Positions 15,535-23,714 of a stretch of 25,606 bases of DNA are shown here, piece after piece (position 1 is the stretch's first letter; every line of letters starts with the position of its first letter). This stretch comes from Patescibacteria group bacterium. GTDB lineage: Bacteria > Patescibacteriota > Patescibacteriia > UBA11705 > JABHMO01. Location: the NCBI GenBank assembly GCA_038062385.1, contig JBBTXH010000082.1:3749-29354 (forward strand). The letters are read 5' to 3'. Below the pieces are notes generated by a model, which worked only from the letters and a program-made list of their open reading frames with translations, was not told the origin of the DNA and did not search any database. The position numbers and the translations under genes were made by a program.

Positions 15535-15798
15535 ATGAATATCCCTGAATTTTCCATTGAGCATCGTTTGATCACAAGTTGGCTGAATGATTTTGATTAT
15601 TTGAGTTATGAAATGATCAAATCAGAGAAAACAGAATTTGAATCATCGGGACAAAATCCGAACGGCGTAGTACGTTTTGATTTCGACGTATCAGTGGACA
15701 TCAAGGGCGTGGGAAGAAGAGCTTTTCAACTTCGATTTGCCCGAGCAGGTACGTCGCTCAAGTTTCATGTGGTCTTTGAACGCGCTTTGGAAATTTAA
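15535..15798 (+). CDS. Hypothetical 87-aa protein
   Basis: AAGGAG SD, ATG, downstream terminator; no family recognised. Confidence 0.65.
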   Translation: MNIPEFSIEHRLITSWLNDFDYLSYEMIKSEKTEFESSGQNPNGVVRFDFDVSVDIKGVGRRAFQLRFARAGTSLKFHVVFERALEI

Positions 15799-15805
15799 AA
15801 AAACA

Positions 15806-15835
15806 CGACCTGTCACTACGGGTCGTTTTTTTATT
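15806..15835. terminator. Terminator between convergent genes
   Basis: ACGACC tgtcactacg GGTCGT flanked by A- and T-runs. Confidence 0.6.
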
Positions 15836-15866
15836 TTTGTTTTTTTACTTTGTTCGCCATAGCTCT

Positions 15867-17012
15867 TTAGCGAAGGCGGATATTTTTAAGTAAGGTCGCC
15901 ACTTCTTGCGCCGTCTTGTACCAATTAAATTCTTTCGCTTTTTTTAAACCCAACGAACGCCAATATTCAGCGTTTTCTTTTTTTGTCAGAATGTCCATTG
16001 CCTGAACAAGATCGTTTATATTGCACGGATCAATGAGCAGGGCCGCTTCTTGGCAAGTTTCCGAGAGAGAAGAATTGCTTGAAGTGATCACCGGGCAACC
16101 GCAGGCCATGGCTTCGAGAGGAGGGAAACCAAATCCTTCATAGAACGAAGGATAAACAAACATTGAAGCCAAATTATAAAAATATCGTTTTTCCGAATCT
16201 TTGATAAAACTAACAAATTTTATGTTTGGAGTCAGTTTGGCTGATTTTAATATTTTTTTGAATTTCCAGCCGAGTTTGCCGGCGATAACCAATGAATATT
16301 CGGGATGCTCTTGGTTGAAAAGTTCAAAAGCTGAAATTAAACTAGCCAAATTTTTTCGCGGTTCAATGGTGCCGAGGAAAAGAACGAATTTTTCCGGCAA
16401 ATTATATTTTTGTTTTATTTTTTTCAAGCGAACGTCATCAGTCGGAAGAATTTTATAATTCGCTGATAAACCGGAGTAGATGGTGTGAATTTTTGACGGC
16501 TCGATTTGATAATGGTTGATCAAGTCCTGTTTGGTGTTTTTGGAGATGGCAATAATTTGTTTGGCGTTTTTGAATAATTGCGCGGGGTTGACGAAATGGT
16601 GCCAGAATTTTCGTTTGAACGACAGAAATTCTGGAAAAAATTCATAACTTAAATCATGGGCGGTTAAAACATACGGGCAATTTGTTCGCAGAGAACAAAT
16701 GTTCGGGAAAAAGAAAAAATCAATTGGCGGAGTGTGATATATTTTTTGAATCCAAAGATCGAGTTTGGGGTATTTCAAAAACTTAATGGACAAATTAAGC
16801 AGTTTATTCGGCCAGTGAAAAACGCAATAATGAATGTTGGTTTTCGGAAATTTTGGAATGTATTTGGCCACGTCTTGGCGGGAATTGTAAAACAAAAAAT
16901 ATTCGTTGGTGTTATCAATTTCGAACAAATGTTTCAGTAAATTAAAAGTGTATTCGCCGACGCCGGTCAGTTCTTTTTCCATGAGACAGCGGATATCAAT
17001 GGCTATGTTCAT
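15867..17012 (-). CDS. Glycosyltransferase family 4
   Basis: MNIAIDIR start, TAHDL, FLGTIEPRKNL, YEGFGFPPLEAMACG. Confidence 0.94.
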   Translation of the reverse strand: MNIAIDIRCLMEKELTGVGEYTFNLLKHLFEIDNTNEYFLFYNSRQDVAKYIPKFPKTNIHYCVFHWPNKLLNLSIKFLKYPKLDLWIQKIYHTPPIDFFFFPNICSLRTNCPYVLTAHDLSYEFFPEFLSFKRKFWHHFVNPAQLFKNAKQIIAISKNTKQDLINHYQIEPSKIHTIYSGLSANYKILPTDDVRLKKIKQKYNLPEKFVLFLGTIEPRKNLASLISAFELFNQEHPEYSLVIAGKLGWKFKKILKSAKLTPNIKFVSFIKDSEKRYFYNLASMFVYPSFYEGFGFPPLEAMACGCPVITSSNSSLSETCQEAALLIDPCNINDLVQAMDILTKKENAEYWRSLGLKKAKEFNWYKTAQEVATLLKNIRLR

Positions 17013-17070
17013 AGAAGCATTTAAATAAAGAAGCACTAAAGCAACGAAGCAAGACAAGCGAGGTAAGCAA
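17012..17070. repeat. 8-nt-period AAGCA array at GT4 start
   Basis: tagaagca/tttaaata/aagaagca/ctaaagca/acgaagca, then two 9-nt units. Confidence 0.7.
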
Positions 17071-17072
17071 GA

Positions 17073-17138
17073 CCCTGCACCACAAATTGTTACACATTTG
17101 GGTTCAGGGCAAGCGAGCCCCGCAAAACTGTGCGGGGC
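17073..17138. repeat. CTTG-footed hairpin plus GCCCCGCA hairpin
   Basis: CCCTGCACC...GGTTCAGGGCAAG; GCCCCGCAAAACTGTGCGGGGC identical to 23636-23657. Confidence 0.75.
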
Positions 17139-17260
17139 GAGCGAGACGAGTGAAGTGAAAAAAAACTAAATTAAATTTTCATCCATACCCTCGTTTCCTT
17201 TTTATTCCCAGTCACCCCTCGCCAGTCTCAAACTAATCAGTAGAATCACGTAATGATCAG

Positions 17261-17299
17261 CTTGCCCTGTACTTAATATGAAATAATTATAGTACAGGG
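17261..17299 (+). repeat. CTTG-footed hairpin
   Basis: CTTG CCCTGTACT (17265-17273) ... AGTACAGGG (17291-17299). Confidence 0.6.
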
Positions 17300-17320
17300 T
17301 AGATCTGTATTACCTACAGC

Positions 17321-18418
17321 CTACCGCCCTACGTCCTGCATCTTGTTCACGATAAACTCTTTTATCTTCAGCTTGAATATTTCCGTGTCAAATTTTTCAG
17401 CATGGCTGCGGATTTCCTGCGGATTATAATCGAAAGGTTTAAACCGTAAAACCTTGTCAGCCAGATCCTCCCAGGTCTGTTCTTCGAACAAGACGCCGGT
17501 TTTGCCATCAACGACCGTTTCGAGCGCGCCGCCGGCGCGATAGGCAATGACCGGCCGGCCGCTGGCCATGGCTTCGACGCAAGTGATGCCGAAATCTTCC
17601 AACTGCGGGTTGATAAAAGCGCGGCATTCGCTAAATAACTTAGCTTTTTTTTCTTCGGAGATTTTTCCGAGAAATTCGATGTTATTTTTCGCTTCTTTTT
17701 TCAGTTTTTTGAATTGTGGACCATCACCGAATATCTTCAGAGGCAAATTCAACCGATTGAAGGCGGTAATCAAAAGATCAAAGCGTTTATAACCAACGAA
17801 TCTGCCGCCTGCGAGAAAATAGTTTCCAAGTTTATTGGAGATATAAAAATTTTTCGTTTCCACCGGCGGGTAAATGATTTCGCTGTCGCGGTGATAATAT
17901 TTTTTAATGCGTTTTTGCACTTCTTTTGAGTTGGCGATGAAGTGATCAACGCGCTCGGCCGCGATTTTGTCCCATTGCCGCAAGTTGGTCAGAACAAATG
18001 GCAGAACTGCTTTGATTAGAAAATTATGTTTCAATTCTTTCAGATAGTTATGGCTGTCGGTCCAGAGGAATCTAGCCGGCGTATGGCAGTAGCAGATATG
18101 AGTGGAGCCAGGACCCGGGATGATACCCTTTGAAAAAATAGAACACGAAGAAATAATCAATTTGTATTTGCCGAGATTGTGGTGCTCGGTGGCGCTGGGC
18201 ATGAGCGCGAGAGGCCACTCAAACCAATGGCTGGCGCCGGGGATTTTTTCAAGAAAAGAGGTTTTTATTTCATATTGATTGAATTCAGGATCAGCCTTTT
18301 TTTTGTTATGAAGTAACGTAAAAAGAGGACTGCCCGGGAAAATTTGCAGTAGAGTTTTGGCAACGCGTTCAGCGCCGCCGTCTTGTACGAGGTGGTCATG
18401 GACGATCGCAACGTTCAT
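17321..18418 (-). CDS. Glycosyltransferase family 4 (mannosyltransferase-like)
   Basis: VAIVHDHL...GGAERV, CYCHTPARFLW, EDFGITCVEAMASGRPVIA. Confidence 0.94.
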   Translation of the reverse strand: MNVAIVHDHLVQDGGAERVAKTLLQIFPGSPLFTLLHNKKKADPEFNQYEIKTSFLEKIPGASHWFEWPLALMPSATEHHNLGKYKLIISSCSIFSKGIIPGPGSTHICYCHTPARFLWTDSHNYLKELKHNFLIKAVLPFVLTNLRQWDKIAAERVDHFIANSKEVQKRIKKYYHRDSEIIYPPVETKNFYISNKLGNYFLAGGRFVGYKRFDLLITAFNRLNLPLKIFGDGPQFKKLKKEAKNNIEFLGKISEEKKAKLFSECRAFINPQLEDFGITCVEAMASGRPVIAYRAGGALETVVDGKTGVLFEEQTWEDLADKVLRFKPFDYNPQEIRSHAEKFDTEIFKLKIKEFIVNKMQDVGR

Positions 18419-18497
18419 ATGGTCATTAGGAGTATAAGTTTGCCCCCCTATATTACCAAAAGAAAAGCAGAATGGAAAGTGTATAGATTAAATCAAA

Positions 18498-18523
18498 ACA
18501 CATGGCTAAAACCATGTGTCTCT
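18498..18523. repeat. REP-like hairpin / possible terminator
   Basis: ACACATGG ctaaaa CCATGTGT followed by CTCT. Confidence 0.5.
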
Positions 18524-18544
18524 GAAAAAAATTAAACGGGGGAA

Positions 18545-19969
18545 TTAAACCTTGGATTTCCTGGTTAGAATGATCCACGGCGTTTTCAGGATAATCCAGA
18601 TGTCCAGCTTGAGCGACCAGTTTTCTATATAATAAGCGTCAAGTTTTACCTCTTCGTCAAAGTCTAGATCAGAGCGGCCGCTGATTTGCGCCAAGCCGGT
18701 TATTCCGGGTTTAATATCAAGGACGCGTTTGTGGTGTTTTTCATATTTTTCCACTTCGCGCGGTTGATGCGGTCTCGGACCCACTAAACTCATGTTGCCA
18801 ATCCAGACATTGAAAAGTTGAGGCAGTTCATCGAGGGAAGTTTTTTCGAGAAATCGGCCTATAGTCGTGCGGCGCGGATCATTCAAAATTTTATAAACCG
18901 GTCCGGTTCGTTCAGATTTTTCTTTGATTAATTTTTGTTCAAATTCCAAAGCGCTTTTTTGGTTGCCAAATTGTTTGCCGGTGCAATACTTGCTGTACAT
19001 TGATCTGAATTTGTAGACATTGAAGGTGCCTTTTCGATTTACGCGTTCGTTTTTGTAAATAGCCGGTCCTGAATCCTCCAGTTTAATGAGAATGGCGAGC
19101 ACGAGCAAGAGCGGGCTCAAAACAATAATGAAAATCGAACTGAAAATAAGATCAGTCAGCCGTTTAATGATTTTCAGCCAGCCGTCCAGCTTGGTTTTTT
19201 TTATTTCAATGAGTGGCACGCCGGCGATCATGTGCACTTCCACGTTCGTGGTGCGCGCTTCGAATTGTCCGGCCGCGTATTTGAAAATAATATTGTGCTC
19301 GGAGCAGAAGTCAGCGAGCGAGATGGAAACTTGGCGCGACAGAGTGGAGTCTGCTTGAATGATTTCATCAATACCATGCTTGCGGTGCAGTTCCAGTAAT
19401 TTTTGTTTATCGTTTTCATCAAATTCATTGATGCGGCCGATGATTTTGTAGCCGAGACCCGGCTCATTATTAAAAGTCTTTACGATTTCGACAGCGTCAT
19501 CATTATTGCCGATGATGACAATATTATGATTTCCCCAGCCGGCTTTAAAACAGAGATTTTGGATTTTTCTAATGAGCGTTCTGATTATTATTATCATGAA
19601 AATACTGAGAATCCAGGCGGTGAGCAGAATGAAGCGCGAAGAAAACATTTCTCTCACGAAAAACATGTAAATAATGACGGCCGTCATGCCGGTGGAGCAG
19701 GCCAGAATAATTTTCGCCAATTCGTCCGTGATTTTTCTTCGTTTGAATGAATAAAGTCCGGCCCAAGCGAAAAAGATGAGCCAGCTGGCGCTGACAATGA
19801 TCGTAACTAGAAAATATTTATCAAATGTTAAATCAAAAATGACCGGTCGAATTTCTTGGATCGATTGTTCATAACGAATGAAATACGCGATGATGCCCGC
19901 CGCGATCAAAGTCAGATAATCCAGCGGAATTTTCAAAAAAGTAAAAAAAAGTTCTGCGTTTTTTTTCAT
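18545..19969 (-). CDS. Polyprenyl-phosphate hexose-1-phosphate transferase (WcaJ/WbaP-like sugar transferase)
   Basis: Four N-terminal TMs plus one later TM; KFRSM, LDELPQLFNV, GPRP, KPGITGLAQISGRSDL, DAYYIENWS. Confidence 0.93.
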   Translation of the reverse strand: MKKNAELFFTFLKIPLDYLTLIAAGIIAYFIRYEQSIQEIRPVIFDLTFDKYFLVTIIVSASWLIFFAWAGLYSFKRRKITDELAKIILACSTGMTAVIIYMFFVREMFSSRFILLTAWILSIFMIIIIRTLIRKIQNLCFKAGWGNHNIVIIGNNDDAVEIVKTFNNEPGLGYKIIGRINEFDENDKQKLLELHRKHGIDEIIQADSTLSRQVSISLADFCSEHNIIFKYAAGQFEARTTNVEVHMIAGVPLIEIKKTKLDGWLKIIKRLTDLIFSSIFIIVLSPLLLVLAILIKLEDSGPAIYKNERVNRKGTFNVYKFRSMYSKYCTGKQFGNQKSALEFEQKLIKEKSERTGPVYKILNDPRRTTIGRFLEKTSLDELPQLFNVWIGNMSLVGPRPHQPREVEKYEKHHKRVLDIKPGITGLAQISGRSDLDFDEEVKLDAYYIENWSLKLDIWIILKTPWIILTRKSKV

Positions 19970-20079
19970 ATTTCAGAAAATAATTGATGAATGAATATAT
20001 TATAACAGTTATTATGCGGAATGTCGATTTTTAAAAAATAAAAAAACACCAATTTTTACAATTGCTGTTTTTTAATGTC

Positions 20080-20401
20080 CCAAACAAGCGAATAAGCCGG
20101 ATTCTGTTTTAACTGTCATCTATCTTGTCCCGCAATCGCTGGAGAGATCATGCGGGCTACCAAATTTGCCCTTGCACCCAAGTAAGGGTTTAGCCGTTTC
20201 ACTCCCACCTTCGCATAAAGCTACGGTGGGACTAATCCCGAAGGATCCCAAGAACCTCGCGGTCTTGGCGTCTCTGCTCGCACCTCTATCTCACGACCGA
20301 CAGGGATTACCTGCTACTCGCGTCAATTTAATGGCTAGGTGTCCGGACTTTCCTCTCCCCGTAGCTTTACGCGAAGGGGAGCGACAGAACTGCTTGTTTG
20401 G
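20080..20401 (-). ncRNA. rnpB: RNase P RNA (type A-like)
   Basis: P1 CCAAACAAGC/GCTTGTTTGG; conserved GAGGAAAGTCCGGAC and AAACAGAATCCGGCTTA P4 halves. Confidence 0.95.
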
Positions 20402-20410
20402 AACTTTTGT

Positions 20411-20439
20411 ATTGTAGCAAAAAAAGTTAATCCTGTCAA
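20411..20439 (-). promoter_or_regulatory. rnpB promoter
   Basis: TTGACA-17-TACAAT with extended TG, just upstream of P1. Confidence 0.8.
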
Positions 20440-20462
20440 TTACACGTGTAATTTAAGCCGAA

Positions 20463-20491
20463 TTGACAATAATAAAATTTTTTGATAAAGT
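20463..20491 (+). promoter_or_regulatory. Promoter for ORFan cluster, divergent from rnpB
   Basis: TTGACA-17-TAAAGT. Confidence 0.55.
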
Positions 20492-20515
20492 AATTCTCTG
20501 AGAGGAGGTGAGATC

Positions 20516-20800
20516 ATGGAAGAGCTCACTGTGCGCAATTTCAAAAATTATGCTTTGCGGATGAGCAGAGGGTTCGGTCACGGTTATGATTTTTTTAGAA
20601 GCTTGTCGAACGAACATGATCTGTTTTGGAAGAGAATCAATGCTCTCCGAGATATGCGTTTGCGTGAGCAGGGGTTATTTGTATTAGACGAGAACGATGG
20701 CGATGAAGAGATCTTTGACAATTACCATCCAGTGAAATTAACTCTTGGTGAATGGGAAGCGTTCAAAGAAAACTTGCGCAAACTTGTTTTGGAATATTAG
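20516..20800 (+). CDS. Hypothetical 94-aa protein
   Basis: AGGAGGTG SD before ATG. Confidence 0.75.
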   Translation: MEELTVRNFKNYALRMSRGFGHGYDFFRSLSNEHDLFWKRINALRDMRLREQGLFVLDENDGDEEIFDNYHPVKLTLGEWEAFKENLRKLVLEY

Positions 20801-20812
20801 AAAGGAGGAAAA

Positions 20813-20971
20813 ATGGCTGATGAAAGAATTGAAGATAGTCAGGAATACAAGATTGCGGAAAACGGCAAAAGAATGAAAAAAGTTAAGCAGGGAGATGGCA
20901 GCTGGGCATGGGTTGATACGGTGCTGGAAACAGCGGCAGATGTATTAGAAGCTGTGATTGATTTCGATTAA
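20813..20971 (+). CDS. 52-aa acidic small protein (absent from ORF track)
   Basis: AAGGAGG SD; MADERIEDSQEYKIAENGKRMKKVKQGDGSWAWVDTVLETAADVLEAVIDFD. Confidence 0.7.
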   Translation: MADERIEDSQEYKIAENGKRMKKVKQGDGSWAWVDTVLETAADVLEAVIDFD

Positions 20972-21033
20972 ACAAAAACCGTTGAGTTCAAAATTCAGCG
21001 GACATGGCTACGGCGAACCAAGGAGGTGAGAAA

Positions 21034-21573
21034 ATGAAAACAAAAGTAGTCAATGTGCCCGGGGCAGAACAGCCGATAGAAATTTGGCCGAATAATAGAA
21101 CCGGAATAAAGATAAAAAGTTGGATGTTATACTGGACGACCTGGGCGCTCGGGTCAAATGGTTCGTTTGGCGTTAGAAAGATAACTGAGTGGAAAGAACT
21201 TTTAAAAGAAGGTTTTTTCTTTTTTGGTAAAGTGTGTAACGTTCGGAGCTCAGCCAAAAACAAAGGTTGCGATTATGTTGTTCATCACGAGGTCTTTCTC
21301 AATTATAACGATGATCTGAGTTTTTATGGAATAATAGATGATATTGAAGTGGCGCGCGGTAGTTGGGTGGGTAATAACTCCGAGCAAATGATGATTATTG
21401 TTACAGTGCATTTCACACAGCTGAACAATGATTGCGGGATATTGCGGCGATTTATGGTTGTAGATAAACATGGCGATCCGGACGGAGCGATGACTACTTC
21501 ATGGTGGGAACTTCGAGGAGAGCGCTATCCGAAAGGTATCTACTTTGAAGCTGCTAGGTTTGAACTGGATTGA
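21034..21573 (+). CDS. Hypothetical 179-aa protein
   Basis: AAGGAGGTG SD before ATG 21034 within ORF 21004..21573. Confidence 0.75.
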   Translation: MKTKVVNVPGAEQPIEIWPNNRTGIKIKSWMLYWTTWALGSNGSFGVRKITEWKELLKEGFFFFGKVCNVRSSAKNKGCDYVVHHEVFLNYNDDLSFYGIIDDIEVARGSWVGNNSEQMMIIVTVHFTQLNNDCGILRRFMVVDKHGDPDGAMTTSWWELRGERYPKGIYFEAARFELD

Positions 21574-21593
21574 CGAGAAGGAAAGGAAAAATA

Positions 21594-21932
21594 ATGGGCG
21601 CTAAAGAAGCATTTTGGGATGTTGAAGCGATGTTGCTATTAGCCGGCTTGCCGAAAGAACAGGAAGTCATTGGCAAGGATATTGTTTTTGAAGGCCAGGC
21701 GCTTGATCCGATAATTGTTCCGGGTAGAATGAATCTCGGTAAAGTTAAATCAGTTGACGAACGTGGTGTGGTAATCTGTGGAAAGTGTTATTATTATTTG
21801 ATTTTGATGACCGATCGCGGAATGAAATATACTTATTGCGGATTTGGCGATTTTTGGCATTTTGAACTGGCTGGCAAGATCTATGTCGGCAAAATCACAG
21901 CACTAAACGGAAAGGACGTGGAAAATGGCTGA
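21594..21932 (+). CDS. Hypothetical protein (paralog of next gene)
   Basis: AAGGA-type SD before ATG 21594; GLPKEQEVIGKDIVFEG motif. Confidence 0.7.
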   Translation: MGAKEAFWDVEAMLLLAGLPKEQEVIGKDIVFEGQALDPIIVPGRMNLGKVKSVDERGVVICGKCYYYLILMTDRGMKYTYCGFGDFWHFELAGKIYVGKITALNGKDVENG

Positions 21933-22221
21933 AGAGGTTAACGCGTTGGATAAAGCATTGAGAGCGCGTGGATTGCCCGCAGAGATTATTGGGAAGCAAC
22001 TTATTTTTTCAGGCCACTTCGCTCCAAAAACTGCTGATCATCTTAACATTGAGGTGCGTGCACGTTGCAGTTCTGCGATATTCGGAGACGATCAATTCGT
22101 TTTATACGGAGAGAATTGTCAATTTGTTTGGGATATCAGGGGCTGTGTTTGGAAGTTTGTCAGCCACCCGTTTGGTTACGCGGAAATTCGAGCATGGGGA
22201 CGAATCACGGTAGTAGATTAA
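21925..22221 (+). CDS. Hypothetical 98-aa protein
   Basis: Overlaps upstream stop by 8 nt; GLPAEIIGKQLIFSG motif. Confidence 0.7.
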   Translation: MAEEVNALDKALRARGLPAEIIGKQLIFSGHFAPKTADHLNIEVRARCSSAIFGDDQFVLYGENCQFVWDIRGCVWKFVSHPFGYAEIRAWGRITVVD

Positions 22222-22228
22222 AATAATT

Positions 22229-22260
22229 CCGGTCAAGCGCAACGCGCTTGGCCGGTTTTC
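22229..22260 (+). terminator. Intrinsic terminator
   Basis: CCGGTCAAGCGC aac GCGCTTGGCCGG TTTT. Confidence 0.8.
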
Positions 22261-22277
22261 GTTTAAGGGGTATTGTT

Positions 22278-22388
22278 TTGAACTATGATTATTTTGATTG
22301 AATGAATACTATGATTATGCGCCTCGAGAGTACAAACAACCTTATGTGTCATAGTCCATCAAATAATCATTTTTAAATCATAGTTCAA
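22278..22388. repeat. 111-nt inverted-repeat element overlapping trpS stop
   Basis: 13-bp perfect terminal IR TTGAACTATGATT / AATCATAGTTCAA with internal CTATGA units. Confidence 0.7.
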
Positions 22389-23365
22389 GATAACCCGATT
22401 ATTTTTTTCACCTGTTTCATTTTCTTAGTTGCCAACACTTGCGCCTTCTGTGTTCCGACGTCTAAGATTTTTTCAACCTCATCGTCAGAGAGCGCATTGA
22501 ATTTGTCTTGAATTGGAACCACAAACTCAATCAGTTTTTCCGCCAGATCTTTTTTGAAGTCGCCATAGCCGCGTCCGCTGAACTTTTTTTCAATTTCTTT
22601 GGCCTCTGAACCAGTTACCAGATGATAAAGCGTCATCAAATTCGCCAAAGCCGGCTTGTCCGGCGTGAATTTTATTTCACTGCCTGAATCAGTGACCGCC
22701 TTTTGAATTTTTTTACGAATTAATTCCGGCGCATCGGTTAAAGCAATGTAATTGTATTCAGAAGAAGATGATTTACTCATTTTTTTCGTCGGATCGTCTA
22801 ATCCTTTCAAACGAGCGGAAATTTTATTGATTTTAACTTCAGGAATAGTGAATACATCGCCGTAAACAGCATTGAATTTTTTCGCGATTGTTCTTGTTAA
22901 TTCAACATGTTGAACTTGGTCTTCACCGACCGGCACAATGTTTGTGTCATAAAGAAAAATATCCGCGGCCATTAAACATGGATAAGTGAAAAGACCGGAA
23001 TTGATATTTTCTTTATGTTGTTTTGATTTATCTTTGAACTGCGTCATGCGCTCAAGTTCAGAGATCGGCGTGGTACAATTCAAAATCCAACCCAGTTCAG
23101 CGTGTTCCTTCACGTCAGATTGGCGGAAGATAATATTTTTCTTCGGATCGAGCCCAGAAGCCAAATAAATTTTCGCGAGATTAATGATGTTGGCGCGAAG
23201 TTGTTCTGGCTTTTGATAAACAGTGAGCGCGTGCAAATCAACAATTGAAAAAATTGACTCGTATTCATTTTGTAGCGTCAGCCAGTTAGCTAGCGCGCCG
23301 AAATAATTGCCGAGATGAATGATGCCGGTTGGCTGCATGGCGCTGAAGAGGCGGTTTTTTAACAT
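22385..23365 (-). CDS. trpS: Tryptophanyl-tRNA synthetase
   Basis: FSAMQPTG.IHLGNY, YPCLMAADI, VPVGEDQVQHVEL, KMSKS. Confidence 0.98.
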   Translation of the reverse strand: MLKNRLFSAMQPTGIIHLGNYFGALANWLTLQNEYESIFSIVDLHALTVYQKPEQLRANIINLAKIYLASGLDPKKNIIFRQSDVKEHAELGWILNCTTPISELERMTQFKDKSKQHKENINSGLFTYPCLMAADIFLYDTNIVPVGEDQVQHVELTRTIAKKFNAVYGDVFTIPEVKINKISARLKGLDDPTKKMSKSSSSEYNYIALTDAPELIRKKIQKAVTDSGSEIKFTPDKPALANLMTLYHLVTGSEAKEIEKKFSGRGYGDFKKDLAEKLIEFVVPIQDKFNALSDDEVEKILDVGTQKAQVLATKKMKQVKKIIGLS

Positions 23366-23383
23366 AGGATTGGTTTAATAGAG

Positions 23384-23428
23384 GATTAGTAAGATGGGGA
23401 GGATTAGAAGGATTAGTAAGATTGGCGA
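23384..23428. repeat. 9-nt-period array in trpS leader
   Basis: gattagtaa/gatggggag/gattagaag/gattagtaa/gattggcga. Confidence 0.75.
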
Positions 23429-23528
23429 TAGAAATAAAGGAAATAAAAGGGGGTAGAGATAGCTGGTGGCGGACTGTTTTCACTGGTGTGATTATATCAA
23501 ATTTGTAAAAAAACGACAACGACATTTA

Positions 23529-23561
23529 AAACAAAACGAGGCAGTTACGCCTCGTTTTGTT
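23529..23561. terminator. Hairpin, probable rnj terminator
   Basis: AACAAAACGAGGC agttac GCCTCGTTTTGTT, 13 bp. Confidence 0.7.
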
Positions 23562-23599
23562 ATTGGTACACTTTTGTTGGTCTAGACTATCCTAAACGT

Positions 23600-23662
23600 C
23601 CCTGAACCACTCACCCCTGTTCGGGTTCATGGCAAGCCCCGCAAAACTGTGCGGGGCTTGCC
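23600..23662. repeat. CTTG-footed hairpin plus 13-bp GGCAAGCCCCGCA hairpin
   Basis: CCCTGAACCACTCAC...GTTCGGGTTCATGGCAAG; GGCAAGCCCCGCA aaactg TGCGGGGCTTGCC. Confidence 0.75.
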
Positions 23663-23714
23663 TAACAATCCTCCTTATCCTCCTAATCTTTCTAATCCTC
23701 CTAATCCTAACCTT
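23661..23714. repeat. 9-nt-period array after rnj stop, inverted relative to 23384-23428
   Basis: cctaacaat/cctccttat/cctcctaat/ctttctaat/cctcctaat/cctaacctt. Confidence 0.8.

Noticed and set aside
20166-20417. 83-aa plus-strand ORF
   Set aside because: Antisense to RNase P RNA.
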